A stretch of 64,000 bases of DNA from positions 1,408,001 to 1,472,000 of the forward strand of contig CAVYSW010000003.1 of NCBI GenBank assembly GCA_963771275.1, in the 5' to 3' direction. This DNA is from an uncultured Gemmatimonadales bacterium (GTDB taxonomy: Bacteria; Gemmatimonadota; Gemmatimonadetes; Gemmatimonadales; GWC2-71-9). Numbering within the stretch: position 1 is the first letter of the stretch; the number at the start of each line of letters is the position of its first letter. The notes beneath the pieces are model-generated. The model was given only the letters and a program-made list of their open reading frames with translations, was not told the DNA's origin and made no database searches. Both the position numbers and the translations under genes were made by a program. Positions 1 to 8,744 of the stretch are shown here, piece after piece.

Positions 1-225
1 GGGACGCTGCCGATCGCGGTGGGCTGGGGGTCGGGCGCCGAGTCGCGCCGGCCCCTCGGCCTCGCGGTGGTGGGCGGGCTCGCCTTCTCCCAGATGGTGA
101 CGCTGTACGTGACGCCGGTGTTCTACACCTATCTGGACGCGTTGCAGAAACGGCTGGCCCGCGTGCGGGTGCCCGGACGGGTGCCCGCCACGGCCGCCGT
201 CCCCGCCGCGCCGGTCAGAACTTGA
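1..225 (+). CDS. RND efflux permease (AcrB/MdtB-like), C-terminal end, partial
   Basis: Frame from base 1 reads GTLPIAVGWGSGAESRRPLGLAVVGGLAFSQMVTLYVTPVFY, the typical last transmembrane segments of AcrB-family proteins. Confidence 0.9.
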   Translation, partial: GTLPIAVGWGSGAESRRPLGLAVVGGLAFSQMVTLYVTPVFYTYLDALQKRLARVRVPGRVPATAAVPAAPVRT

Positions 226-589
226 CCGCGAGGCGGATCCCGAGCTCGACCCGGACCTGTTCCGGCGCGCCTTCCAGCACGATGCGATCCTGCACCTGCC
301 GCACGATCATCCGGGCTGGCGGGCCCTGCCCCCTGCCCCGGCCGCGGTTTCCGGCACGATAGTAGATGATCTGATAGCCTTCCTTGGGCTCGACGCGGAC
401 GACCTCGTAGCCCTGCTTGACCAGGATTTCCTTGGCCGTCGAGACGGTCAGCTGCACGGTGACCTTGGGCTTCTCCGTGTCCGGCTTCCGGCCCTCATGC
501 CCTCTTCCCTGCGCCAGCGCCGGTGTGCCGCTCAGGCCAACCATCAGCAGCACGAGGCCAACGCCTGCGTAACGCGAATTCCGGCCCAT
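215..589 (-). CDS. Small exported hypothetical protein
   Basis: Signal peptide ending ALA-Q; RG-rich loop; high GC3. Confidence 0.7.
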   Translation of the reverse strand: MGRNSRYAGVGLVLLMVGLSGTPALAQGRGHEGRKPDTEKPKVTVQLTVSTAKEILVKQGYEVVRVEPKEGYQIIYYRAGNRGRGRGQGPPARMIVRQVQDRIVLEGAPEQVRVELGIRLAVKF

Positions 590-702
590 GTCTCCGCCAG
601 GTGATCAGGTTCTCACACAATGACGCACCGGGCCGCCGCCGGATGTGACGGAGCGCACTCCGGGCCGAAGGCTCACCGGGACGGGACGGCTCGGACCGCG
701 AC

Positions 703-1017
703 CTAGCTCCGCGGCCCTGCGGGCCCAATCCGCTCGAGGGCGGCGCGGACGCGCAGGATGGCACCGTCGATCTGGCGCAAACCGGCATCGTCCATGATCC
801 GGGCGTCCGCTACCTGCGCGAGCAGCTCGAGCGCCATCTGCAGCTGCTGGCCCGGGCTGGCGCCGCCGGCGCGCCGGTCTCCACCGCTGCGCCGTTGGGA
901 GCCACGCCGGTGGTCGACGCGGAGCGCGAGCGCCACCACGCGGCGCTCGGCACCGCTGCGGCGCTCGCCCTGACGCTGGTCAGGGATCGCGGGATCGGTC
1001 GGATAGGACGAGGTCAT
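703..1017 (-). CDS. Hypothetical protein with ERR/DRR repeats
   Basis: From ATG 1017: DQRQGERRSGAERR...DHRR...DRR followed by a helical C-terminus. Confidence 0.55.
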   Translation of the reverse strand: MTSSYPTDPAIPDQRQGERRSGAERRVVALALRVDHRRGSQRRSGGDRRAGGASPGQQLQMALELLAQVADARIMDDAGLRQIDGAILRVRAALERIGPAGPRS

Positions 1018-1187
1018 GCTCGCTAGGATTTGCACCGGCGGGCACGGCGGCGCAAGGGCTCGCGCCGTGAGTCCGTCACCCGATTCAGAGGCTCTCTGCG
1101 GCTGAGCCCTGGTGCGGGCGCGGGCCGGTCGACGATCTTCCATCACGCAGGAAGCTCGTAGCGGACAGCGACAACCGATCGACGAGG

Positions 1188-3443
1188 ATGGACATGCACA
1201 CCCGAACGATGCTGCGCGCCCTGTGCGTTCTCGGGGGCGCCTTGATGGCAGGCACCGCGGCCGCGGCCCAACAGCCCGGCGAAGCGATGCTCAAGCGGAT
1301 CTTCGCGTCCAACGACTTTGCGGGCGAGCGGTTCGGGCCGGCGCGCTGGCTGGACGGCGGGTCGTATCTCGTGACCGAGCGCTCGCAGCAGCCCCGCGGA
1401 TCGGATCTGGTCAAGATCGACGCGGCGACGGGGGCGCGCACGGTTCTGGTGAGCGCGCGGCAGCTGGTGCCGTCCGGCGACAGCGCGGCGCTCGCGGTCG
1501 AGAGCTTCGCGTTCTCCGGCGATCTCTCGAAGCTCCTGATCTTCACCAACTCGCGGCGCGTGTGGCGCCAGAACACCCGCGGCGACTACTGGGTGCTGGA
1601 CCGCACCGCGGGCACGCTCAAGAAACTGGGTGGCCCCGACGCGCCGGCGTCGTCGCTCATGTTCGCCAAGCTGTCGCCCACCGCGGACCGGGCGGCCTAC
1701 GTCCGCCAGGGGAACCTCTACGTCGAGCGGCTCGCCGACGGGGCGATCACGCGGCTCACGAGCGACGGCAACGACTCGCTGGTGAACGGCACGAGCGACT
1801 GGGTCTACGAGGAGGAGCTGGACCTGCGGGACGCGTTCCGCTGGTCGCCGGACGGAACCCGGATCGCCTTCTGGCGGTTCGACATGTCGGGCGTCCCGAC
1901 GTTCACCCTGCTCAACGACACCGACTCGCTCTACCCGTTCACGATCACGTTCAAGTACCCCAAGGTGGGGACGACCAACTCGGCGGTGCGCGCCGGGGTG
2001 GTGAGCGCGGCGGGCGGCGCGATCGCGTGGCTCGATCTCCCCGGCGACTCCCGGAACGACTATTTGCCGCGCATGGAGTGGACCGGCTCGTCCGAGCTGG
2101 CGCTCCAGCGCATGAACCGGCGGCAGAACGTGGATCACGTGCTGCTGGCCGACGCGGCGACCGGCGCCACGCATGAGATCTTCACTGAGACGGACAGCGC
2201 GTGGCTCGACGTGGTGGACGACTGGGAATGGCTCGACCAGGGCCGCCGAGTGCTGTGGGTGAGCGAGCGGGACGGCTGGCGGCACCTCTACACGGTCTCG
2301 CGCGACGGCAAGGACGTGAAGCTGCTCACCCCGGGCGACTACGACGTCGTGAGCGTGCTCAAGGTGGACGCCAAGGGCGGCTGGATCTACTTGAGCGCCT
2401 CGCCCGGCGACGCGGGGCAGCGCTACCTCTACCGCGTGCCGCTCGCGGGCGGCCGCGCCGCGCGGCTCACCCCGGCGGATCAGCCCGGCACCCACTCGTA
2501 CTCGATCTCACCGGACGCGCGGTTCGCGATCCACAGCTACTCGGCGTTCGACCTGCCGTCACAGACGGAGCTGGTCCGCCTGCCGTCGCACCAGGTGGTG
2601 CGCGTGCTGGCGTCGCGCGAGAAGCTGCAGCAGGCCGCGGCGCCGCTGGTGCACCGGCCGACCGAGTTCTTCAGGGTGCGGGTGCCGGACGGGACGGCGC
2701 TCGACGGCTGGATGATCCTGCCGGCCGACTTCGATCCCGCGAAGCGGTACCCGATGCTGATGTACGTCTACACCGAGCCCGCGAGCCAGACGGTGCGCGA
2801 CGCGTGGTTCGGGTCGCAGGGACTGTGGTACCGCGCGCTCGCGGACATGGGCTACGTCGTGGCGAGCGTGGACAACCGCGGCACGCCGGCGCCGCGCGGC
2901 CGCGCGTGGCGCAAGGCCGTGTACGGGCAGATCGGCGTGCTGAGCAGCCAGGATCAGGCCGACGCCGTGCGGCAGCTCACCCGCACCCGACCGTATCTGG
3001 ACTCGACCCGTGTCGCCGTGTGGGGTTGGAGCGGCGGGGGGACCGCGACCTTGCAGGCGATGTTCCGCTACCCCGACGTGTACCAGGTGGGGATGGCGGT
3101 TGCCTCGGTGCCGGACGAGACGCTGTACGACACGATTTACCAGGAGCGCTACATGGGGCTCCTGCCCGCGGACTCGCTCAACTACCAGCGCGCATCAGCG
3201 ATCAGCCAGGCGGAAGGGCTCGCGGGGAAACTGTTGATCGTGCACGGTACGGGCGACGACAACGTGCACTGGCAGGGGGCCGAGCGGCTGGTGAACCGGC
3301 TGGTGCAGCTGGGGAAGCGGTTCGACTACATGACATATCCCAATCGTAGCCACTGCATCTGCGAGGGGCCCGGGACGACGCTCCACGTGTATTCGCTGCT
3401 CACACGGTACCTGGTCGAAAACCTGCCGGCGGGAGGGCGATGA
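1188..3443 (+). CDS. S9B dipeptidyl peptidase IV family peptidase, exported
   Basis: Signal peptide, NGTSDWVYEEE propeller motif, GWSGGG nucleophile, HGTGDDNVH, YPNRSH. Confidence 0.95.
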   Translation: MDMHTRTMLRALCVLGGALMAGTAAAAQQPGEAMLKRIFASNDFAGERFGPARWLDGGSYLVTERSQQPRGSDLVKIDAATGARTVLVSARQLVPSGDSAALAVESFAFSGDLSKLLIFTNSRRVWRQNTRGDYWVLDRTAGTLKKLGGPDAPASSLMFAKLSPTADRAAYVRQGNLYVERLADGAITRLTSDGNDSLVNGTSDWVYEEELDLRDAFRWSPDGTRIAFWRFDMSGVPTFTLLNDTDSLYPFTITFKYPKVGTTNSAVRAGVVSAAGGAIAWLDLPGDSRNDYLPRMEWTGSSELALQRMNRRQNVDHVLLADAATGATHEIFTETDSAWLDVVDDWEWLDQGRRVLWVSERDGWRHLYTVSRDGKDVKLLTPGDYDVVSVLKVDAKGGWIYLSASPGDAGQRYLYRVPLAGGRAARLTPADQPGTHSYSISPDARFAIHSYSAFDLPSQTELVRLPSHQVVRVLASREKLQQAAAPLVHRPTEFFRVRVPDGTALDGWMILPADFDPAKRYPMLMYVYTEPASQTVRDAWFGSQGLWYRALADMGYVVASVDNRGTPAPRGRAWRKAVYGQIGVLSSQDQADAVRQLTRTRPYLDSTRVAVWGWSGGGTATLQAMFRYPDVYQVGMAVASVPDETLYDTIYQERYMGLLPADSLNYQRASAISQAEGLAGKLLIVHGTGDDNVHWQGAERLVNRLVQLGKRFDYMTYPNRSHCICEGPGTTLHVYSLLTRYLVENLPAGGR

Positions 3444-3486
3444 GAGCAGAGGAGAGGGGCAGTAGAGAAGGGAGGAGCGGGAAAAG

Positions 3487-3527
3487 CTCGGGGGGCGCGC
3501 GGTGCGCCCCCCTCGGTGTTTCGTGTT
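3487..3527 (+). terminator. GC hairpin between convergent genes, preceded by a purine-rich tract
   Basis: ggggggcgc-gcg-gtgcgcccccc stem followed by tgtttcgtgtt. Confidence 0.5.
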
Positions 3528-3530
3528 CCG

Positions 3531-4862
3531 TCACGCGGTGATCCGCCGAGCGGAGCCGAGCGCCGCGTCGTGCACCCGCTCCTCCTGCCGGCGCCCCAGG
3601 CGCACGCTCACCGCCGCCCAGAGCGCGGCGAGCGGCGCGGCGGTGAGCGCGATCGCGCCGATCGACAGGCCGACCGCCGCGAGCCCCGCGTAGATCCACC
3701 CGCTCACGAGGTCCCCGCCGCGGTAGATCGCGGCATCGAGGAACGGCTTCGACTTGTACTTCTCCTCGCGGCTCACGACCGTGAACAGCACTTCCCGCGC
3801 GGGCTTCGCCAGGCCGTACCGCACCCCGCGATAGGCGACCTGCAGCACGATCAGCACGGCGAGCACGGGCGCAGAGCCCAGCCATACAAAGCCAAGGCCC
3901 GCGACCACCGGCAGCACGGCCAGGCTCATGCCCACGCCGAGCCAACGCATCAGCCGCGCCGCGAGGATCGTCTGAATCACGATGGTGAGCACGTTCGACC
4001 AGAGATCGATCCGGGCGAACAGCGCCGTCCGGGCCGCGCGATCCGCCACGGCCGCGCCGATCACATCCGCCTGGAGGTAGTAGAGCACGGCGGATGCGTA
4101 GGTCATCAGCACGATGAACGACGCGATGGCCAGCAGGTACGGCGAGCGGAACACGACGCCAATCCCGCTCCACGCGCTGCCGCCGAGCGGGCGGTTTTCG
4201 GCCCGGGAGGTGTCCTGCCCACCGCCGAACCGCCGGTGGAGCACGGCCACGCACCATGACGCGGCCTCGAGCGGCACGCAGGCGGCCAGCAGCAAGGTGA
4301 ACGGCGGCAGGGCCTGCACGAGGTGCGACGTGACCCACGAGCCCGCGATCCCGCCAAGCGAGCTGCCGACGGCGATGAAGCCGAACAGCCGTTTCCCCTG
4401 CTCGTTCTTGAACAGGTCGGCCATGAACCCCCAGAACACCGTGACGACGAACAAAGCGAACACGCTGGCCCAGACGTAGAACACGCGGTCGATCCACGCG
4501 CGGGCGCCGGCGGGGAGCAGCGCGAGGGCCAGGTAGAACGCCACGAGGTTCGCGATGAAGAACCGGTTCGCCAGCGGGACGAGCACGCCCCGTCGCAGGC
4601 GGGACGCCGCCCACGAGTAGGCAGGCACGGCGACGAGCATCGCGAGGAACACAGCCGTCCAGAGAATCTGGAGGTTACCGCGGTCGGCCGCGCTGATCTC
4701 GTCGCGCACGGCGCGCAGGATGTAGTAGGAGAACAGGATGCAGAAGCCGTACGCCGAGGCCCACAGCAGCGGCGCCACCTCGTCGTCCCGGGCGGTGGAG
4801 AGCCGCGTGACGAGGAACCGGAAGATGGCGACGGCGCGCCGCTCGATTCTGGACCAGGGCAT
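3531..4862 (-). CDS. MFS transporter, NTP/NDP exchanger (TLC ATP/ADP-like) family
   Basis: SYYILRAVRDE, FWGFMADLF..EQGKRLFG and KPAREVLFTVV..EEKYK.K motifs; about 12 hydrophobic segments. Confidence 0.85.
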   Translation of the reverse strand: MPWSRIERRAVAIFRFLVTRLSTARDDEVAPLLWASAYGFCILFSYYILRAVRDEISAADRGNLQILWTAVFLAMLVAVPAYSWAASRLRRGVLVPLANRFFIANLVAFYLALALLPAGARAWIDRVFYVWASVFALFVVTVFWGFMADLFKNEQGKRLFGFIAVGSSLGGIAGSWVTSHLVQALPPFTLLLAACVPLEAASWCVAVLHRRFGGGQDTSRAENRPLGGSAWSGIGVVFRSPYLLAIASFIVLMTYASAVLYYLQADVIGAAVADRAARTALFARIDLWSNVLTIVIQTILAARLMRWLGVGMSLAVLPVVAGLGFVWLGSAPVLAVLIVLQVAYRGVRYGLAKPAREVLFTVVSREEKYKSKPFLDAAIYRGGDLVSGWIYAGLAAVGLSIGAIALTAAPLAALWAAVSVRLGRRQEERVHDAALGSARRITA

Positions 4863-5011
4863 GCTGGAGCCTCCCGATGGATCTCCAAACCTACGAGCGA
4901 AACGCCCGGCGCGTTGGATTCCGGGCGGCCCCGGTTCAAGGCACGCGCTGCGCCGCGCGTACCTCAGGCGCTATCTTCCACTCCATCCCCTGAGCCTGAG
5001 GATCTCCCACG

Positions 5012-6736
5012 ATGCTACGCCCGCGTCTCCTGCCCTGCATCATGCTGCTCGCCATGGCCGTGCTGCCCACCCGGGTCGCCGCGCAGCGGGCCGCGCCGCT
5101 CCCGCTCAAGCACCGGCCCCAGCCCACCACGGCCGGCATCACGGCCGCCGACCTCATGACCCGCCTCTACATCTTTGCCGACGACTCGATGATGGGGCGC
5201 GAGACCGGCACGGCGGGGCACGTGAAGTCCACGGACTACGTCGCGAGCGAGCTCAAGCGGCTCGGCCTCGAGCCCGCGGGGGACGACGGCGGCTACATCC
5301 AGAACGTGCCGATGATCCGGCGCGCGTTCGACCCGGCGTCGCTCATCACGGTGGAGGGCGGCACGCTGCACGGCGGCACCGACTTCCTCGCGACGTCGCG
5401 CGGCACGATCGGCTCGATCGACCGTGCCCAGGTGGTGTTCGGCGGGGCGGTGTTTGACACCACCAACCTGCTGACGCCCGGGCAGGTGACCGGCAAGATC
5501 GTCGTGGTGCGCGCGCCGGCTGGCGGTCAACGGGGCGGGTTTGGCGGTCGCCGGGGAGCCGGCGGCGCGCTGCGCGCGTACTTCGAGTCGCTGAACGGCG
5601 CAGTCGCCATCGCGACGATCGCCGACGAGCTGAGCGCGCAGCAAGTGCAGTCCGCCATGCGTCCGCGGGACGGCGACGTATTCATGAAGCCGAACGACAC
5701 GGCCGGACCGGCGCCGCTCAATCTCACGATCACGCCGCAGGCGGCGGCGCTGCTGCTGGGCGTGGCCCCCGATGCGGCCACCAAGGGGCAGGCCGGCAAG
5801 ACGGTGCGGGCCACGCTCATCTTCCACGATCAGGCCGCGCCGGCCCGGAACGTGGTCGCGATCGTCCGCGGGAGCGACACTACGCTGCGCAACGAGTACG
5901 TCGCGATCGGCGCGCACAACGACCACACGGGAATGCTGCAGGGGCGGCCGATCGATCACGACTCGCTGCACCTGTACAACGCCGCGCGGTTCGCGATCGT
6001 CGGGCTGGTCTCGCGCGGCGAGCAGCCGACTGCGGAGCAGCAGGCCGAAGTCGCCGCGATCCACATCGACCTGGACGGCGTCCACAAGGCGCAGCCGGCG
6101 CGGGCCGACTCGATCCGGAACGGCGCCGACGACGACGGCTCGGGCTCGGTGGCGATGCTCGAGCTGGCCGAGGCGTTCGCCAAAGCCCAGGTGAAGCCCA
6201 AGCGCTCGATCCTCTTCGTCTGGCACACCGGCGAGGAGAAGGGGCTGCTCGGCTCCCGCTGGTTCGCCGATCACCCGACCGTGCCGCGCGACGCGATCGT
6301 GGCGCAGCTCAACATGGACATGGTGGGCCGCGGCGCGGCCCGGGACCTCCCGGGGGGAAGCCCGGACTACCTCCAGCTCGTCGGCTCACGCCGGCTGTCC
6401 ACCGAGCTGGGTGACCTCGTGGAAACGGTGAACCGCGCCGAGGCGCGGCCACTCACGTTCGACTACCAGTTCGACGCGCCGGGCCACCCGGAGAACATCT
6501 ACTGCCGGAGCGACCACTACAGCTACGCGCGCTACGGCATCCCGATCGTGTTCTTCACCACGGGACTGCACGGCGATTATCACCAGGTGACCGACGAGCC
6601 GGAGTACATCGACTACCCGCACATGGCGCGGATCAGCAAGCTGGTGTACGACGTGGCGCGCAAGGTCGCGGACCTGGACCACCGCCCGGTCGTGGACAAG
6701 GAGAAGCCGGACCCCAATGCGCCGTGCCGGCAGTAG
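5012..6736 (+). CDS. M28 family metallopeptidase, exported
   Basis: GAHNDH, NGADDDGSG, GEEKGLLGS, NMDMVGR, RSDHY, DYHQ motifs; signal peptide. Confidence 0.95.
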   Translation: MLRPRLLPCIMLLAMAVLPTRVAAQRAAPLPLKHRPQPTTAGITAADLMTRLYIFADDSMMGRETGTAGHVKSTDYVASELKRLGLEPAGDDGGYIQNVPMIRRAFDPASLITVEGGTLHGGTDFLATSRGTIGSIDRAQVVFGGAVFDTTNLLTPGQVTGKIVVVRAPAGGQRGGFGGRRGAGGALRAYFESLNGAVAIATIADELSAQQVQSAMRPRDGDVFMKPNDTAGPAPLNLTITPQAAALLLGVAPDAATKGQAGKTVRATLIFHDQAAPARNVVAIVRGSDTTLRNEYVAIGAHNDHTGMLQGRPIDHDSLHLYNAARFAIVGLVSRGEQPTAEQQAEVAAIHIDLDGVHKAQPARADSIRNGADDDGSGSVAMLELAEAFAKAQVKPKRSILFVWHTGEEKGLLGSRWFADHPTVPRDAIVAQLNMDMVGRGAARDLPGGSPDYLQLVGSRRLSTELGDLVETVNRAEARPLTFDYQFDAPGHPENIYCRSDHYSYARYGIPIVFFTTGLHGDYHQVTDEPEYIDYPHMARISKLVYDVARKVADLDHRPVVDKEKPDPNAPCRQ

Positions 6737-6779
6737 CCACGGGCAGAGGGGGAGGCAGAGGGGGCGAGGGGCGGCGGAG

Positions 6780-6835
6780 TAGGAGGCGGCTGGAAGCCGC
6801 TACTCGGCGCGGCCTGTCGCGCGAGGGCGACCGGG
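6780..6835. repeat. Two-hairpin repeat, copy 1 (copy 2 at 14476-14528)
   Basis: taggaggcggctggaagccgctactcggcgcggcctgtcgcgcgagggcgaccggg aligns with 14476-14528. Confidence 0.75.
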
Positions 6836-7105
6836 ACCGCGGCCGAAGCGCTCGGCGGCCCGCGCGCGGCGCTTGGCGGCTTCCAGGGCGCGGTCGCGCG
6901 GCGGAGCGGTCGTCTCCAGGGCGGCGAGCAGCCGGTGCACGACGAGCGACATGTCCTCCACCGCGCGGTCGAACGGCTTCCGATTGGCGATGGACGGCTT
7001 GGCGAAGCCGGTCACCTTGCGCACGAATTGCAGCGACGCCGCCTGGATCTCGTCTTCAGTGACAGGCGGGTCGAAATTGAACAGCGTGCGAATGTTGCGG
7101 CACAT
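6800..7105 (-). CDS. DUF2277 family protein
   Basis: MCRNIRTLFNFDPPVTEDEIQAASLQFVRKVTGF.KPS.AN signature N-terminus. Confidence 0.9.
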   Translation of the reverse strand: MCRNIRTLFNFDPPVTEDEIQAASLQFVRKVTGFAKPSIANRKPFDRAVEDMSLVVHRLLAALETTAPPRDRALEAAKRRARAAERFGRGPGRPRATGRAE

Positions 7106-7201
7106 GGGCGGCTCGGTGGCTGGGGGGATGGGCTCGGTCTCGGGAAGATGCGCTGCCCCGCGTAAGCAGGCAAACCAGGTCACCGCATCAAGGAGCGTCC
7201 C

Positions 7202-7966
7202 GTGAGACGATCCGTCCCACTCGCCATGGCGCTGCTGCTCCCGGCGGTGCCGGCCCGCGCACAGGACACGTTTGAGATCCAGGTCTACGAGTACGCGACG
7301 GTCCCCGCGGGACGGTGGGATCTCGAGACGCATCTCAACTATGTGGTGAGAGGGACCACCGCGGCTGCGGGCGCTGTGGCGCCCACCGAGCACCAGACGC
7401 ATCTCACGTTCGAGCTGACGCGCGGCATCACGCCGATCTTCGAGCTGGCCGGCTATCTCGTGCTGGCACACCGGCCGGGCGAAGGCGCGGAGTTCGCCGG
7501 CTGGCGGGTGCGCCCGCGGATCCGGGCGCCCGAGCGCTGGCACCTTCCCGTGCTGCTCAGCCTGAGTCTCGAAGTGGGGTTTCCGCGCCCGGCCTACGAG
7601 GAGAGCTCCGCGACCCTCGAGGTCCGCCCGGTCATCGAGCGGGCGTTCGGGCCGGTACAGATCGACCTCAACCCCGTGCTGGGTCGCGCGCTGAAGGGGC
7701 CTGCGTCCGGCGACGGATGGGATTTCGAGCCCGGCGTACGGCTGGCCCTGGGCGTGCGGCACTGGCTCGACCTGAGCGTCGAGTACTACGGCGGTCTCGG
7801 GCCGATCACGGACTTCCTGCCGGCGGACCAGCAGGTGCACCAGTTCTTCTTCGGTGGCGACCTCGGCCTGAGCGATGCCATCGTGTGGAACGTGGGCGTG
7901 GGGGTCGGCGCGACCGACGCGGGCGACCGGACCGTGCTCAAGACCAGGCTGGGCTGGATCTTCTGA
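7202..7966 (+). CDS. Putative outer-membrane beta-barrel protein
   Basis: Signal peptide ARA-Q, amphipathic beta strands, C-terminal aromatic residue (LGWIF). Confidence 0.7.
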   Translation: MRRSVPLAMALLLPAVPARAQDTFEIQVYEYATVPAGRWDLETHLNYVVRGTTAAAGAVAPTEHQTHLTFELTRGITPIFELAGYLVLAHRPGEGAEFAGWRVRPRIRAPERWHLPVLLSLSLEVGFPRPAYEESSATLEVRPVIERAFGPVQIDLNPVLGRALKGPASGDGWDFEPGVRLALGVRHWLDLSVEYYGGLGPITDFLPADQQVHQFFFGGDLGLSDAIVWNVGVGVGATDAGDRTVLKTRLGWIF

Positions 7967-7975
7967 AAGACCGCC

Positions 7976-8641
7976 ATGGCTAGAGACCCACACCGGGACC
8001 AACCGATTCTCCGCTCGGGCCCCCCGCTCGACGAAGCGGCGGGGCTCATGATCATGGCGCACGGACGGGGCGGGTCCCCACGCGACATGCTGGCACTGTC
8101 GCTCGAGCTCGATCGCCCGCGGCTCGCCTGCCTGGCGCCCACCGCCGCGGGAGGAAGCTGGTATCCCTACAGCTTCCTCGAGCCGATCGAGCGGAACGCG
8201 GGGCCGCTCAACTCCGCCCTGCGGCTACTCCAGACCGCGCTGGACAAGGCCGGGGCCGCGGGATTCCCGGCCGAGCGCGTCGTGCTGCTCGGGTTCTCGC
8301 AAGGCGCCTGCCTGGTCCTCGAGTTCGCCGCGCGCAACGTGCGCCGCTTCGGCGGCATCGTCGGACTCTCGGGCGGACTGATCGGGCCCGAGGGAACCCC
8401 ACGCGATTACCTCGGCTCGTTCGGCGGGACCCCGGTGTTCCTCGGCTGCGGCGATGTGGACCCGCACGTTCCCAAACGCCGGGTGGACGAGACGGCGGGC
8501 GTGTTCGAGCGGCTAGGCGCCGTGGTGACGAAGCGGATCTACCAGGGGATGGGCCACACCGTGAGCCCGGACGAGATCGAGGCCGTGCGAGGTTTGCTGG
8601 ATCGCTTCCTCGCGTCGGCCGGCCCGACCGCACTGGCCTAG
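7976..8641 (+). CDS. Phospholipase/carboxylesterase (alpha/beta hydrolase)
   Basis: HGRG, GFSQG nucleophile, DPHVP and GMGH catalytic residues. Confidence 0.92.
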   Translation: MARDPHRDQPILRSGPPLDEAAGLMIMAHGRGGSPRDMLALSLELDRPRLACLAPTAAGGSWYPYSFLEPIERNAGPLNSALRLLQTALDKAGAAGFPAERVVLLGFSQGACLVLEFAARNVRRFGGIVGLSGGLIGPEGTPRDYLGSFGGTPVFLGCGDVDPHVPKRRVDETAGVFERLGAVVTKRIYQGMGHTVSPDEIEAVRGLLDRFLASAGPTALA

Positions 8642-8675
8642 CGACGCGGCCGGACGCCACTCGGCATCCGGCCGC

Positions 8676-8719
8676 TGAGGACGCTCTGCACAAGTCGCGA
8701 CTTGTGCAGAGGCTCCTTA
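8676..8719. repeat. 44-bp inverted repeat with a perfect 28-bp palindromic core
   Basis: ctctgcacaagtcg|cgacttgtgcagag at 8684-8711; imperfect extension to 8676/8719. Confidence 0.85.
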
Positions 8720-8744
8720 CCCCCCGGTCGCGGCCGGGATCGCG

